Assembly (NCBI GenBank): GCA_919902105.1
Contig: CAKKQO010000037.1
Location: 5,598 to 69,597, forward strand
DNA from: Omnitrophica bacterium GWA2_41_15
GTDB lineage: Bacteria; Omnitrophota; Gorgyraeia; Ghiorseimicrobiales; Ghiorseimicrobiaceae
Reading direction: 5' to 3'
Length of the DNA: 64,000 nt
Below, in pieces: positions 25,209-34,452 of the stretch (positions within the stretch are counted from its first letter, which is position 1; every line of letters begins with the position of its first letter). A program made the translations under genes and the position numbers. The notes under the pieces are model-generated. The model had not been told where the DNA came from, did not search any database, and saw only the letters and a list, made by a program, of their open reading frames with translations.

Positions 25209-26451
25209 TATTGTTCCATATCTCCCACTTTACTTTTGGTAAGAATACTGCTTTTATCTGCTTATTAAATTTATTTAATTCTATCTTAAAAATATCTTTA
25301 TTTCGTCTTGTGTAGGCACAAATCATATCCTTATCCCAGATAGAAATGCGCGCCACATATATACCGGGGGCAAGATTTATCCTGCCCAGGTCTATTTTTA
25401 TCCTGCCGCCTCCTTTAAGACTATTTATGGAAACGCCGTTGTCTTTTGTGTTTACCGAGCAGCATATCACTCCGTCGGCTCTGGCAATATCTAAACTAAA
25501 TACGGGATTTTCAATTGCCTCTTTTGCAAAATATTCAACAGTTATAGCTATCGGCTCCTCCCCCTGAAAGCTGCTTTTGATTTTATAATCCCCGTTTGAG
25601 ATTAAAACGTTTGAAATCTCTATCGGTGTATGTTGGTCTATTTTTACTCTATATCCTTCGCTATATGCCTTCTTTTTAATCTTTTCTTCCTCTTTTTTAT
25701 AGACTAAATTTTGGTAGTGTATAATTACTTCGTCTGTCGCGCCCTCTTTAAAGATTTGCCCGCCCTCTATTAAGATTACCCTCTTGCATAAGCTTTGCAC
25801 CAAAGCAAGATTATGCGAGACAAGTATAATAGTAGTATTTAATTCCAGAAGCTCTCTCATTTTATTTGCGCATTTTGCCTGAAAGGCAATATCGCCTACG
25901 GATAAAACCTCATCTACCAAGAGAATATCCGGCTCCATATGCGCCGCCACTGAAAAACCTAACCGCGAATACATCCCTGAAGAATACCTTTTAACCGGGG
26001 TATCAATGAATTCTCCCAGCTCGGAAAAATCAACTATTGAGGCAAATTTACTATCTATCTCTTTTTTTCTCATCCCTAAGATTGTTCCGTTTAGATAGAT
26101 GTTTTCGCGGCCGGTAAGTTCCGGATGAAAGCCGGCGGTTACCTCTATTAGTGCCGAGAGTTTTCCGTTTATTTTTATCTCACCCTTATTAGGGCGCAGA
26201 ATACCGGATAAAAGTTTTAAGGCGGTGCTTTTACCGGCGCCGTTAGGTCCGATAATGCCTAAGACTTCGCCCTTTTTAACTTTAAAATCTACATCCTGCA
26301 AAGCCCAGAATTCCTCTTTTTTTAGGATGTCGTTATTATTAGTAAAAGGCAGGGCCCTGCCGAACATAGCGGGGATTAAATCCCTAATGGAGTTTAGCTT
26401 CTCGCCCCTATTGAACTTCTTCCATACCTGATTAAATTCTATGACATTCAT
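25201..26451 (-). CDS. wzt: Polysaccharide ABC transporter ATP-binding protein with a C-terminal Wzt_C-like carbohydrate-binding domain
   Basis: Walker A GIIGPNGAGKST, signature YSSGMYSRLGF, Walker B ILLVDEVLSVGD, followed by a roughly 160-aa beta-rich C-terminal extension. Confidence 0.8.
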   Translation of the reverse strand: MNVIEFNQVWKKFNRGEKLNSIRDLIPAMFGRALPFTNNNDILKKEEFWALQDVDFKVKKGEVLGIIGPNGAGKSTALKLLSGILRPNKGEIKINGKLSALIEVTAGFHPELTGRENIYLNGTILGMRKKEIDSKFASIVDFSELGEFIDTPVKRYSSGMYSRLGFSVAAHMEPDILLVDEVLSVGDIAFQAKCANKMRELLELNTTIILVSHNLALVQSLCKRVILIEGGQIFKEGATDEVIIHYQNLVYKKEEEKIKKKAYSEGYRVKIDQHTPIEISNVLISNGDYKIKSSFQGEEPIAITVEYFAKEAIENPVFSLDIARADGVICCSVNTKDNGVSINSLKGGGRIKIDLGRINLAPGIYVARISIWDKDMICAYTRRNKDIFKIELNKFNKQIKAVFLPKVKWEIWNNNG

Positions 26452-26454
26452 AGT

Positions 26455-27231
26455 CTATATTCTCTCTGCAAATTGCGGCTCCAGCCTTCTGAAAAATCTT
26501 ATGCCTAAGGCAAAAATCAATATTGAACTTAACCCCGCATAGGAAAACCATAAAATATCCGGCATCTGATGCAGGACAACAGTGCTGTTGATAGATTCCA
26601 ATATGCTGGCTATGGGGTTGAGCAGCATTAGTGTTTTCCATTTGCCGAATGTGCTTACAGAGTAAAATACAGGCGTAAAAAATATGCCGAACATAAGAAT
26701 TGTTTCCACGATATATTTTACGTCCCTATAGAAAAGATTAGCCGCTGACAATATCAAGCTTAATCCGGTAGTAAAAAGTATTAAAAATAACAAGAGAAAC
26801 GGAATAAGCAAAATGTGTATGCTCAGGCCGATACGCGCGATAGCAAGCATTAGCGATAAGGTGCAGATGGCGATTAAAAAATCAAATAGACAGGCAAGCA
26901 CAGCCCCGAAAGGCAGGACTTCGCGGGGAAAATAAATCTTGGTGATAAGTGAGCTGTTTTGCACCAGGCTGTTCACTGAGAATTTTATCGCGCTGACAAA
27001 AAATGTCCAAGGGAGGACTTTAACCGTAATAGAGATAACCTCAGATAAATCTAAAGGCCTGCCTGAAATAAAAGCAATCGCCTGTTTTACTATAATTCCT
27101 GCGAGTATTGCCATAATCGGCATAAATATGGCCCAGGCAAGGCCCATTATTGCCTGTTTATACCTTACCCTGATATCGCGCATCGCCAGCATAAATAAAA
27201 GGTCTCGGTATTTTATAAGTTGATTAAACAT
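26455..27231 (-). CDS. wzm: ABC-2 type polysaccharide exporter permease
   Basis: A polytopic membrane protein of 258 aa lying immediately upstream of wzt on the same strand. Confidence 0.7.
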   Translation of the reverse strand: MFNQLIKYRDLLFMLAMRDIRVRYKQAIMGLAWAIFMPIMAILAGIIVKQAIAFISGRPLDLSEVISITVKVLPWTFFVSAIKFSVNSLVQNSSLITKIYFPREVLPFGAVLACLFDFLIAICTLSLMLAIARIGLSIHILLIPFLLLFLILFTTGLSLILSAANLFYRDVKYIVETILMFGIFFTPVFYSVSTFGKWKTLMLLNPIASILESINSTVVLHQMPDILWFSYAGLSSILIFALGIRFFRRLEPQFAERI

Positions 27232-27242
27232 TTACTGGTATC

Positions 27243-27298
27243 CTCTTAAAATCATCATCCAAACGTTCAATGTCATCTTCTTCCAAGTAGCTTCCGCT
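27243..27298. repeat. Duplicate of the manC 3' end (compare 28710-28765), encoding ...QSGSYLEEDDIERLDDDF
   Basis: About 56 nt with 4-5 mismatches. Confidence 0.8.
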
Positions 27299-27365
27299 CT
27301 GGATTTCGCCTTGTAACGCTGCGCCTGCCAAACTGAATTCGGACAAGTAGACGTAATGAACTGTG

Positions 27366-28028
27366 CTAAATTATTTTTTGCGCCAGACGATGAAGCTCTG
27401 GATTCGCTAAAGCTGACACTTTCTTTTTTACTGCCCGGGAATAATATTCTCTTTCTGTCTTGCTCAGCTTTTCGCCTTTGAGCTTTTTAAAAAACAGCTC
27501 TTTCTGTTTAGGAGAAAAAACCTGTGAAAGCGCGTATTCAACATCAAATTCCTCTTTCATAGCGACAAAGTCTTTTAGTTTTGTTTCTTCTTTTTGAAAA
27601 TAGTTATTGAATGTGGTTTTCAATCTCTGAGGCGATAAGCGCTTGCCGCAAACCGTAAGCGCTTCTCCTCTCTTAAATTGGCTAAGATATAAGTTGAAAA
27701 CTCTTTGATACCGCGAGAGATTCTTAAAAACACCTTTGGACCAGGAAAATTTTAAACCAAGGGTTTCATATAGAGCAAGCGACATCGCGAGCAATTGATC
27801 AAGGCATTTTTTTTCAGCATGTTTTTTTAACTGAACCTTTACTTTTTCATACTCGAACAAGCCGTCTTTGGCGGCATTAACCAATAAAAGAGGAAACCCT
27901 TCCCAGAGCCGCAGGTCGCGGTTTACAACAACCCGAGCCAAGGTGGTATTAACGTCAACATCTTCGTCTTTTTTAAAAAGAGGGTAACCCATCATCTCGA
28001 CTTTTTTTAAGAGCGCTTCATTTTTCAT
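27366..28028 (-). CDS. Hypothetical protein (about 220 aa), downstream partner of the NTase-like gene 28018-28608
   Basis: Start taken at MKNEALLKK (28028). The ORF track's longer N-terminal extension would overlap the upstream gene by 100 nt. Confidence 0.3.
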   Translation of the reverse strand: MKNEALLKKVEMMGYPLFKKDEDVDVNTTLARVVVNRDLRLWEGFPLLLVNAAKDGLFEYEKVKVQLKKHAEKKCLDQLLAMSLALYETLGLKFSWSKGVFKNLSRYQRVFNLYLSQFKRGEALTVCGKRLSPQRLKTTFNNYFQKEETKLKDFVAMKEEFDVEYALSQVFSPKQKELFFKKLKGEKLSKTEREYYSRAVKKKVSALANPELHRLAQKII

Positions 28029-28608
28029 TGTATAATCCCTCTTTACGCAGAATTTTGACAAAATGCGATAAATTCTTATTAACTTTTTCTTCCGAAACGT
28101 CATATGAGGCAGTTTCACTAAAACGTTTCAAAAGGATATCTAGGTTAATATCGTGTTTTTTGGTTTTTACCAAAAGCAGACAGTCATCCATATCAGTACT
28201 GCTTGCCCTAAAAAGTTTACTGATGATAAGATCATAATGATTGAGCACCCCCAGATAAATAGATTTAAACTCTTTAATTAGCGCGTGATTGCCTTCTTTA
28301 AGCGGCGATTCCAGCAATTCTGTGGTATGGATTCGTTTTCCTTTGAACAAGTCAAAAATAAAACCCCCGTCTTTTGTCCATCCGGAACCGCTAGCGTTCC
28401 TATAGCCTAAGTCTTGTAAAATACGCAAGAGATAGTCATGTTCTGCTTCGTTGGGCGCTAATAGGTCAATATCTTTTGTGGATTCTTTTATACCTAAAAG
28501 CGTCAGAGCCGTGCCGCCGCAGGCGATCAAATGTATTTTTCGCTTGAGATAGCCATTCCATATAGAAAGCGTATCTAGCAAGCTTTCTTTGTTTATTCTA
28601 TATTCCAT
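28018..28608 (-). CDS. Short AbiEii-like nucleotidyltransferase-fold protein (196 aa)
   Basis: IACGGTALTLLGIKESTKDIDLL carries a GGTAL motif followed by SxKDIDL. Confidence 0.5.
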   Translation of the reverse strand: MEYRINKESLLDTLSIWNGYLKRKIHLIACGGTALTLLGIKESTKDIDLLAPNEAEHDYLLRILQDLGYRNASGSGWTKDGGFIFDLFKGKRIHTTELLESPLKEGNHALIKEFKSIYLGVLNHYDLIISKLFRASSTDMDDCLLLVKTKKHDINLDILLKRFSETASYDVSEEKVNKNLSHFVKILRKEGLYNEK

Positions 28609-28705
28609 ACAATTGTTTGTATAAATTCATACAACTTCTTGTATATAATTATACAACATATTTGATATCTTGTCAAGGTCTTTGCTAGTGGAATCTGAAG
28701 CGCAG

Positions 28706-30142
28706 CTATCTATTAAAATCATCATCCAAACGTTCGATGTCGTCTTCTTCCAAGTAGCTTCCGCTTTGCACTTCCACTATTTTTAACGCAGAGTCTTTAG
28801 GGTTTTCTAAGCGGTGGACGTGCCCGGCAGAGACAAAGATGCTTTCATTGCTGTTAATTAAGCTTACCTTGCCTTCGCAGGTTACTTTTGCTGTGCCTTC
28901 CACCACTACCCAGTGTTCGCTTCTAAACTTATGCCTCTGAAGGCTTAGGCGTTTATGCGGCACTAATTCGATAAGTTTAACCTTATATCCTTTGCCGGTG
29001 TTTATGACCGTGTAGGTTCCCCACGGCCGCTTGACAGTATGCGAGGAAAAATGTTCGTATCCCCCCTTTTTCTTAACGAGCTCTACCATCTGTTTAACAT
29101 CTTCGGCTCTGTCCTTAGCGCAGACCAATAGAGCGTCTTCAGTATCCACAATAATTAGATCTTTAAGGCCTACGGTGGAAATTAAGTGATTTTTGCCTAT
29201 GACAGTAATATCCCTGCTGTTGATGTCAATGGAGTTTGCCTGAATGATGTTTCCGCTCTTGTCTTTAGGCAGAAGCGCATCCAGCGCAGAGAGCGTGCCT
29301 AAATCGCTCCAGCCTAATTTCTCGGCAGGTATGACAACAGTTTGCCTTGATTTTTCCAATACGCCGTAGTCGATAGAGATAGATTCAAACAGAGAATAGG
29401 TCTTATCAATATCAGCGCCATCGCTTACTCTCTTGAGGGCGGTGTATAGTTGCGGAAGGTATCTTTTTAGTTCATCTAAAATAACCCTGGATTTAGCGAT
29501 AAACATTCCGCTGTTCCAGAGGTAGTTTTTGTTTTTGATGAATCTTTGCGCTGTTTTTAAGTCCGGTTTTTCGGTAAATTTTTCAACTTTATAATATTTC
29601 GGATTTCGGCATTCGGATTTCGGATTTATCTTGATATATCCATACCCTGCGGCAGGATATGTTGGCTTTATGCCCAATGTTACGAGGTAGCCCTTATGCG
29701 CGGCTAAAATGGCATTTTTAACCAGCGATTTAAATTTTTCCAGATTAGCGATATGGTGGTCAGCCGGCAGGATTATGAGTAGTGAGTCCGTATCTTTTTT
29801 AATAAGATTAAACGCGGCGAGTCCTATTGCCGGAGCGGTATTTTTTCCCTGAGGCTCTAAGATTATATTTTCTTCTGGGATGCCGAATATAGATATTTGA
29901 TTCTCTAGTTCAAACTTATGCAGGTTGTTAGTTACGATATAAATTCGGTTAGGATTAATTAAAGGGATAATCCGCTTTATAGTCTGCTGAAGTAAGGATT
30001 CTTCGTTATAGAATTTAAGCAGGTGTTTTGGTTCAAGTTGGCGGCTGAGCGGCCAGAATCGGCTGCCTACGCCACCGGCTAATATGACCGCATACATGTT
30101 AGTTTTATTCGTAAGTATCGAGTCGCGAGTATTGCGTGTCAT
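28706..30142 (-). CDS. manC: Mannose-1-phosphate guanylyltransferase / mannose-6-phosphate isomerase (bifunctional, cupin C-terminus)
   Basis: MYAVILAGGVGSRFWPLSR nucleotidyltransferase N-terminus and a cupin-type C-terminus. The true start is probably the M at about 30097. Confidence 0.85.
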   Translation of the reverse strand: MTRNTRDSILTNKTNMYAVILAGGVGSRFWPLSRQLEPKHLLKFYNEESLLQQTIKRIIPLINPNRIYIVTNNLHKFELENQISIFGIPEENIILEPQGKNTAPAIGLAAFNLIKKDTDSLLIILPADHHIANLEKFKSLVKNAILAAHKGYLVTLGIKPTYPAAGYGYIKINPKSECRNPKYYKVEKFTEKPDLKTAQRFIKNKNYLWNSGMFIAKSRVILDELKRYLPQLYTALKRVSDGADIDKTYSLFESISIDYGVLEKSRQTVVIPAEKLGWSDLGTLSALDALLPKDKSGNIIQANSIDINSRDITVIGKNHLISTVGLKDLIIVDTEDALLVCAKDRAEDVKQMVELVKKKGGYEHFSSHTVKRPWGTYTVINTGKGYKVKLIELVPHKRLSLQRHKFRSEHWVVVEGTAKVTCEGKVSLINSNESIFVSAGHVHRLENPKDSALKIVEVQSGSYLEEDDIERLDDDFNR

Positions 30143-30924
30143 TATAAATACCTATAGATATACTCCGGAATATGGTAGCGGATACCGGTAAGTATGAAGC
30201 CTAAGACTTTTGCTTCCGCCTGTAAAAGCAGGCTTTCTGCGTGGTGGATTATGCCGCGCTGGGTCCTGCCAGCCTGGACAACTAAAAATACTCCGTCTGC
30301 CTGCGCCCCTAGGACCTGCGGGTCTGTAAGAGGTATAACCGGCGGCGTATCTAAAATTATGTAATCATACTTGGCGCGGATAGTGCTAAGCAGTTCTTTC
30401 ATTTTATATGAGCCGAGTAGTTCAGCGGGATTTAGCGGCGCCTTGCCTGAGGCAATTACGTCTAAATTCTCTACGCCAAAGTTAAATACGCAAGATTCAA
30501 AGGCAGTGCCGTTGGTTAAAAAGTCTGAAAGCCCTGCCTCGGGCTGGATATTTAAGTACTTTGCGACCTTACCTTTTCTCATATCGGCATCAACAAGCAG
30601 TACCCTTTTATTATTTACGTCATTAGCAAGGGCTATAGAAAGGTTTAAAGAAGTGATAGTTTTTCCTTCGTTGTGTATTGCGCTGCTGATAACAAAAACC
30701 TTTGATTTATTGGTTGTTTTGAGAGACTGGATATTGGTGCGTAAGATTTTATACTGTTCGGAGATAGGAGATTTAGGGTCAAAGTAGGCAACAACGTGCG
30801 GGTCAATTTTAGAGTCTCCTATCCGTTGGACGACAAATTCTTTTGCTAGGCTAGAAACTTTTCTTTCAATATGCGATAATCTTTCTTGTGCTGCTTTTTT
30901 TAGTGCATCGGTGATTTTTCCCAC
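30142..30924 (-). CDS. BY-kinase (CpsD/CapB-type tyrosine-protein kinase cytoplasmic domain)
   Basis: Walker A SAIHNEGKTITSLNL, Walker A' VLLVDADMRKG, Walker B ILDTPPV, and a C-terminal Tyr cluster YHIPEYIYRYL. Confidence 0.8.
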   Translation of the reverse strand: MGKITDALKKAAQERLSHIERKVSSLAKEFVVQRIGDSKIDPHVVAYFDPKSPISEQYKILRTNIQSLKTTNKSKVFVISSAIHNEGKTITSLNLSIALANDVNNKRVLLVDADMRKGKVAKYLNIQPEAGLSDFLTNGTAFESCVFNFGVENLDVIASGKAPLNPAELLGSYKMKELLSTIRAKYDYIILDTPPVIPLTDPQVLGAQADGVFLVVQAGRTQRGIIHHAESLLLQAEAKVLGFILTGIRYHIPEYIYRYL

Positions 30925-30947
30925 GGTTTGTTCCCTCCTGAAAATGA

Positions 30948-31769
30948 TTACATTGATTGTACTGTTGAAAATGGCGCTTCTTTAATAGTTTCCTCCATTA
31001 TTTTTGCATCTATCTGTTTTGCTTCATAGACATAGCCGGATAAAAGCGCGCTGTCGCAGATGAGATTGACCAGCCGGGGGACGCCTTTACTAAAGCCGTA
31101 GATTAAACCTAACGCCTCGTCAGTAAAGAAATCAAAGCCGTTGTTTGAGGCAATCGTTAGGCGGTGCCGAATATATCCAACCATCTCCTCTTTACTTAAT
31201 GGATAAATATGATAATGCACGGCAATACGCTGCCTTAACTGGGTGAGGCTTTCTAATTGCAGCTTTTTCTTTAGCTGGGGTTGGCCCATCAGGATAATCT
31301 GGATGAGTTTTTCGGTTTCGGTTTCTAAGTTTGAAATCATCCTTATCTCTTCCAATACTGAAGGGGTTAAATTTTGCGCCTCGTCAATTATCAAAACAAC
31401 ATTCATATTTTGCGATAATTGCTCGACAAGGAATTCGTTTAAGCGTGAAAGTAATCTGGCTTTACTTGCAGGTTTATAATCAACCCCAAAGTCATCCAAG
31501 ATGCTCATCAACAATTCTTTTGCGTTAACATAAGTATTAGTGATAAGGGCGGTTTTAGTGTTGGGGTCAAGTTTATTCAATAATGCCCTGCAGACAGTGG
31601 TTTTACCGGCGCCGATTTCACCTGTGATAGCCACAAAACCCTTGCGTTCATTGATAGCATAAATCAGGCTGTCTAAGGCCTCGCTATGCTTTGAGCTTGG
31701 AAAAAAGAACTTCGGGTCAGGCGTTATATTAAATGGTTTTTCTTTAAAACCATAGAATTTTTCATACAT
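30948..31769 (-). CDS. ExeA-like AAA ATPase (AAA_22 family) associated with exopolysaccharide systems
   Basis: ITGEIGAGKTT...LIIDEAQNL. Confidence 0.65.
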   Translation of the reverse strand: MYEKFYGFKEKPFNITPDPKFFFPSSKHSEALDSLIYAINERKGFVAITGEIGAGKTTVCRALLNKLDPNTKTALITNTYVNAKELLMSILDDFGVDYKPASKARLLSRLNEFLVEQLSQNMNVVLIIDEAQNLTPSVLEEIRMISNLETETEKLIQIILMGQPQLKKKLQLESLTQLRQRIAVHYHIYPLSKEEMVGYIRHRLTIASNNGFDFFTDEALGLIYGFSKGVPRLVNLICDSALLSGYVYEAKQIDAKIMEETIKEAPFSTVQSM

Positions 31770-31784
31770 AGCCCACCCCCTTGG

Positions 31785-33080
31785 TTATTTACCATTTATA
31801 AACGAGTATACCATTAAAATCATCACTAATGATATCCCTGCTGTTAAAGAAAAGACGATACGTTTTTTAACCACATTTTTTTCTTTTAGTAAGTCTTCTG
31901 CGGTAATAATTCTGGATATGCCCCCTAAAATAGGATAATTAAGGCAGGCCTTGGCCTCTTCTATGCCTACTAAAGAATGGTCCATAAGTTCCATCAGTAA
32001 AACCAAGCCCGCACCTACTGCTGCGCCTAAAAATATACCGATAAATACAACCATTAATTTATTCGGTTTAGTGGGCTTTATGGGCAGACGCGGCGGATCG
32101 AGAATGATATATTTAGTTCCCTGTGTTGAAACATCAAGGCGTTTAGTTATTTTAGCTACCTCAAGCTTCTGTAAAAGTATATTGTAAATATTTTCATCAA
32201 TTTTTACATCCTGCGATAGGGCAGTATCAATTTTATCCACCAGCAGCATTTTATATAGGGCCTCATTAATTGTTCCTGCTGTTTGCGGTTCTCCGGATTT
32301 GGCATTATCTAAGTCTAGGGAGTCTCGCAGGCTCTTCAGCTCTCCCTTTAATTGGTCATTACCTGAACTTATAGGTGCAGATTCTGAATCGAAGTTTTCT
32401 TTGGCTAAGTCTTCTTTTGCCTTGTTAATTCTATTGCGTAAATCTTTAACACTGGGGTGGTTTTCTGTAGAGTCTATGAGGAGATTATCAAGGTCATCTT
32501 GCATTTTCGCAATTTTACCTTCTAGTATTTTTTTCTTATAGAGTTTTAATTGGTCGTTTATGAAGTTTATAGCGTCATCGGTCTCTTCATTCTGCATTTC
32601 GATGTTTTGGTTAACAAGTATCTCAGTCAATGTTTTTACTACCGCTTGGGCTTTGGCGGGATTTGCATCTTCAAAAGAAATCTTAATTATATTCTGGCCG
32701 CCTAAAAGGACCTTAATTCTTTTGCGTATGCTTAAAATAAGATTTTCATATTCATAGCGGGTTTTAACGGCGTTATCTAACCTAAGTGCTTTAACCATCT
32801 GTGTTAGGCTATTCCAGCTTAAGATCTGTTCTTGAATACTGCGCATCCTCTCGGTTAATTTGGTCGACACTGCCAGGGAACTAATGATGGGATTAATAAT
32901 CTTACCCTCTTCGACTAACATAAGAGTGCTTGATTCGTAGCTTTTAGGCAGAATATAACTTGTGACTATTCCGCTTATTAAGCCTATGTATATTGCTGCG
33001 AGTAGCAGCCATTTCCGCCTAAAAATTATTTTTATATAATCTATAGGCGTTATCGCGTGGGTTGATTCTAAGTTTTCCAT
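31785..33080 (-). CDS. Polysaccharide co-polymerase (Wzz/chain-length-determinant family); partner of the BY-kinase
   Basis: N- and C-terminal transmembrane segments flank a long coiled-coil-rich periplasmic region. The protein ends GISLVMILMVYSFINGK. Confidence 0.7.
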   Translation of the reverse strand: MENLESTHAITPIDYIKIIFRRKWLLLAAIYIGLISGIVTSYILPKSYESSTLMLVEEGKIINPIISSLAVSTKLTERMRSIQEQILSWNSLTQMVKALRLDNAVKTRYEYENLILSIRKRIKVLLGGQNIIKISFEDANPAKAQAVVKTLTEILVNQNIEMQNEETDDAINFINDQLKLYKKKILEGKIAKMQDDLDNLLIDSTENHPSVKDLRNRINKAKEDLAKENFDSESAPISSGNDQLKGELKSLRDSLDLDNAKSGEPQTAGTINEALYKMLLVDKIDTALSQDVKIDENIYNILLQKLEVAKITKRLDVSTQGTKYIILDPPRLPIKPTKPNKLMVVFIGIFLGAAVGAGLVLLMELMDHSLVGIEEAKACLNYPILGGISRIITAEDLLKEKNVVKKRIVFSLTAGISLVMILMVYSFINGK

Positions 33081-33096
33081 ATATTTTCTCCTCTTA

Positions 33097-33864
33097 TTAT
33101 GGTATGCCTGCTCCTGCTGAAACGACTGTCTTTCCGGTGGAGGCCGCGTTTGTAAGCGGCGCTGTCACTGGAGAGATTACTCTCATCACTTTAGCCATAA
33201 CCGTTGACGGAACATATAGCACATCTCCAGGCAGCATATTAATGTTCTTTTTAAGGTCTCCGCCATAAAGAACGCTATAAATATCGACTTTTGTGTTTAT
33301 TGGTTTTCCGCTTATATCAGGCCGGATAAGCCGGCATTTGCGCATTGCCGCAGACATTAAAGGCAGTCCGGCCGTAACTACGGCTTCGCGCACACTAAGA
33401 GTGTTCCCCATCATATAATATTTACCCGGCCTGGATACTTCGCCGATTACATAAAATACTTTGCTTTTATAGTCTAAAATCGTGATATTGATTTCCGGTT
33501 CAACTACATACTGAGAAATGATATTGGTTAGCTTCTTATTCAGCTCATCCTTGGCAAGGCCGGCTACCTCGATATCTCCGACAAACTTATATTGAATTTT
33601 TCCGTCTTTGTTGACTTTAAATTTATCGCTGAATTCAGGATGCCTTCTGACTAAAATTTCAATTATGTCTTCAGCGCCTAAGGTATATTCTTCATCAGAA
33701 GCATTAGTTGTTGTATTCGCTATACTAGAAGCAAGGTTTACTGCCTGAATTTCCAAGATGGGTTTCTCAGTGACAGTTTCGGGTTGTGCTTCAGTGGTAT
33801 CTGCTGAGCAAACACTACTTGTAATAATTAGCAATCCAAATAATATAATAATACAATATCTCAT
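33097..33864 (-). CDS. wza: Polysaccharide export outer-membrane protein (Wza-like Poly_export plus SLBB domains)
   Basis: Signal peptide MRYCIIILFGLLIITSSVCSA; LGAEDIIEILV...VIGEVSRPGKYYM is the typical Poly_export/SLBB pattern. Confidence 0.75.
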   Translation of the reverse strand: MRYCIIILFGLLIITSSVCSADTTEAQPETVTEKPILEIQAVNLASSIANTTTNASDEEYTLGAEDIIEILVRRHPEFSDKFKVNKDGKIQYKFVGDIEVAGLAKDELNKKLTNIISQYVVEPEINITILDYKSKVFYVIGEVSRPGKYYMMGNTLSVREAVVTAGLPLMSAAMRKCRLIRPDISGKPINTKVDIYSVLYGGDLKKNINMLPGDVLYVPSTVMAKVMRVISPVTAPLTNAASTGKTVVSAGAGIP

Positions 33865-33893
33865 TTTAATCCTCCCTCTTTGCTTAAATAATG

Positions 33894-34082
33894 TTATTCA
33901 CGCAATGTATCGTGGAAATCTCTTATGTTAGTTAAATCATCTTGAGTATACACTCTCCAGCCGCGCCAATCGCGCTTAGACTTTTTAATTTTCCCTCCCG
34001 CCTCCCAGCGGATTAGGGTTTTAGTCGTTACCCCGATTTCTTTTGCTACATCTGTGATAGTTAATCTTCCGTTTCCAGCCAT
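33894..34082 (-). CDS. Small HTH DNA-binding protein of the excisionase/MerR-like family (HTH_17-like), first gene of the polysaccharide operon
   Basis: LTITDVAKEIGVTTKTLIRWEAGGKIKKSKRDWRGWRVYTQDDL fits the excisionase-family pattern. A strong GAGGAGG RBS precedes the start. Confidence 0.55.
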   Translation of the reverse strand: MAGNGRLTITDVAKEIGVTTKTLIRWEAGGKIKKSKRDWRGWRVYTQDDLTNIRDFHDTLRE

Positions 34083-34101
34083 ATTCTGTCCTCCTCAATG
34101 A

Positions 34102-34119
34102 GTCCCGAAAGTTCGGGAC
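34102..34119. promoter_or_regulatory. Perfect 18-bp palindrome GTCCCGAAAGTTCGGGAC in the leader of the HTH gene
   Basis: Read directly from the sequence. It lies between the predicted sigma-54 promoter and the ATG at 34082. Confidence 0.6.
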
Positions 34120-34240
34120 GAATTGAACCTTTTAAAATGTCTAAATAAAAGAGTATTCAATGTTAGAATGTCCTACTAAGTCTGGGAAAATCTATTTTCA
34201 AAAAAAAGCCTTATTTTCGCCTAAGGCAATAATAAATAGA

Positions 34241-34256
34241 GCAAGTTTTGTGCCAA
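34241..34256 (-). promoter_or_regulatory. Sigma-54 (-24/-12) promoter, TTGGCAC-AAAAC-TTGC, driving the HTH gene and the downstream polysaccharide operon
   Basis: The reverse complement of gcaagttttgtgccaa is TTGGCACAAAACTTGC, which matches the TGGCAC-N5-TTGC consensus exactly. It is about 160 nt upstream of the ATG and rpoN is adjacent. Confidence 0.6.
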
Positions 34257-34398
34257 GTCCTATTTCAAGTTAGTTTTAATAATGATATTTTTATATAACC
34301 ATATATTTTACAAATAGTTAAGGCTCTAAAAAATAAATTTTTTCGATTTACTTTATATCTCTTTCAATCCCCTTTGTGTATAAAAAATGAACATTAAC

Positions 34399-34427
34399 TT
34401 GACAAATTTGTATAAGTCTGTTATACT
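34399..34427 (+). promoter_or_regulatory. Sigma-70 promoter for rpoN: TTGACA, 17-nt spacer, TATACT
   Basis: ttgaca aatttgtataagtctgt tatact, about 95 nt upstream of the rpoN ATG. Confidence 0.6.
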
Positions 34428-34452
34428 TATAAACTACCGGCTCTAAATAGTG

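Noticed and set aside
27366-28118. Long N-terminal extension of ORF 27366-28118 (MKLPHMTFRKKK...)
   Set aside because: It would overlap the upstream NTase-like gene by 100 nt in another frame. The internal start MKNEALLKK gives the usual short toxin-antitoxin-type overlap.
29590-29632. Low-complexity cggatttcggcattcggatttcggattt inside manC, and a similar GGCATTCGGATTT motif at 62400-62500
   Set aside because: The first is in-frame coding sequence (PKSECRNPKY). The similarity to the intergenic motif is short and probably coincidental. The intergenic copy may simply form a terminator-like imperfect stem.
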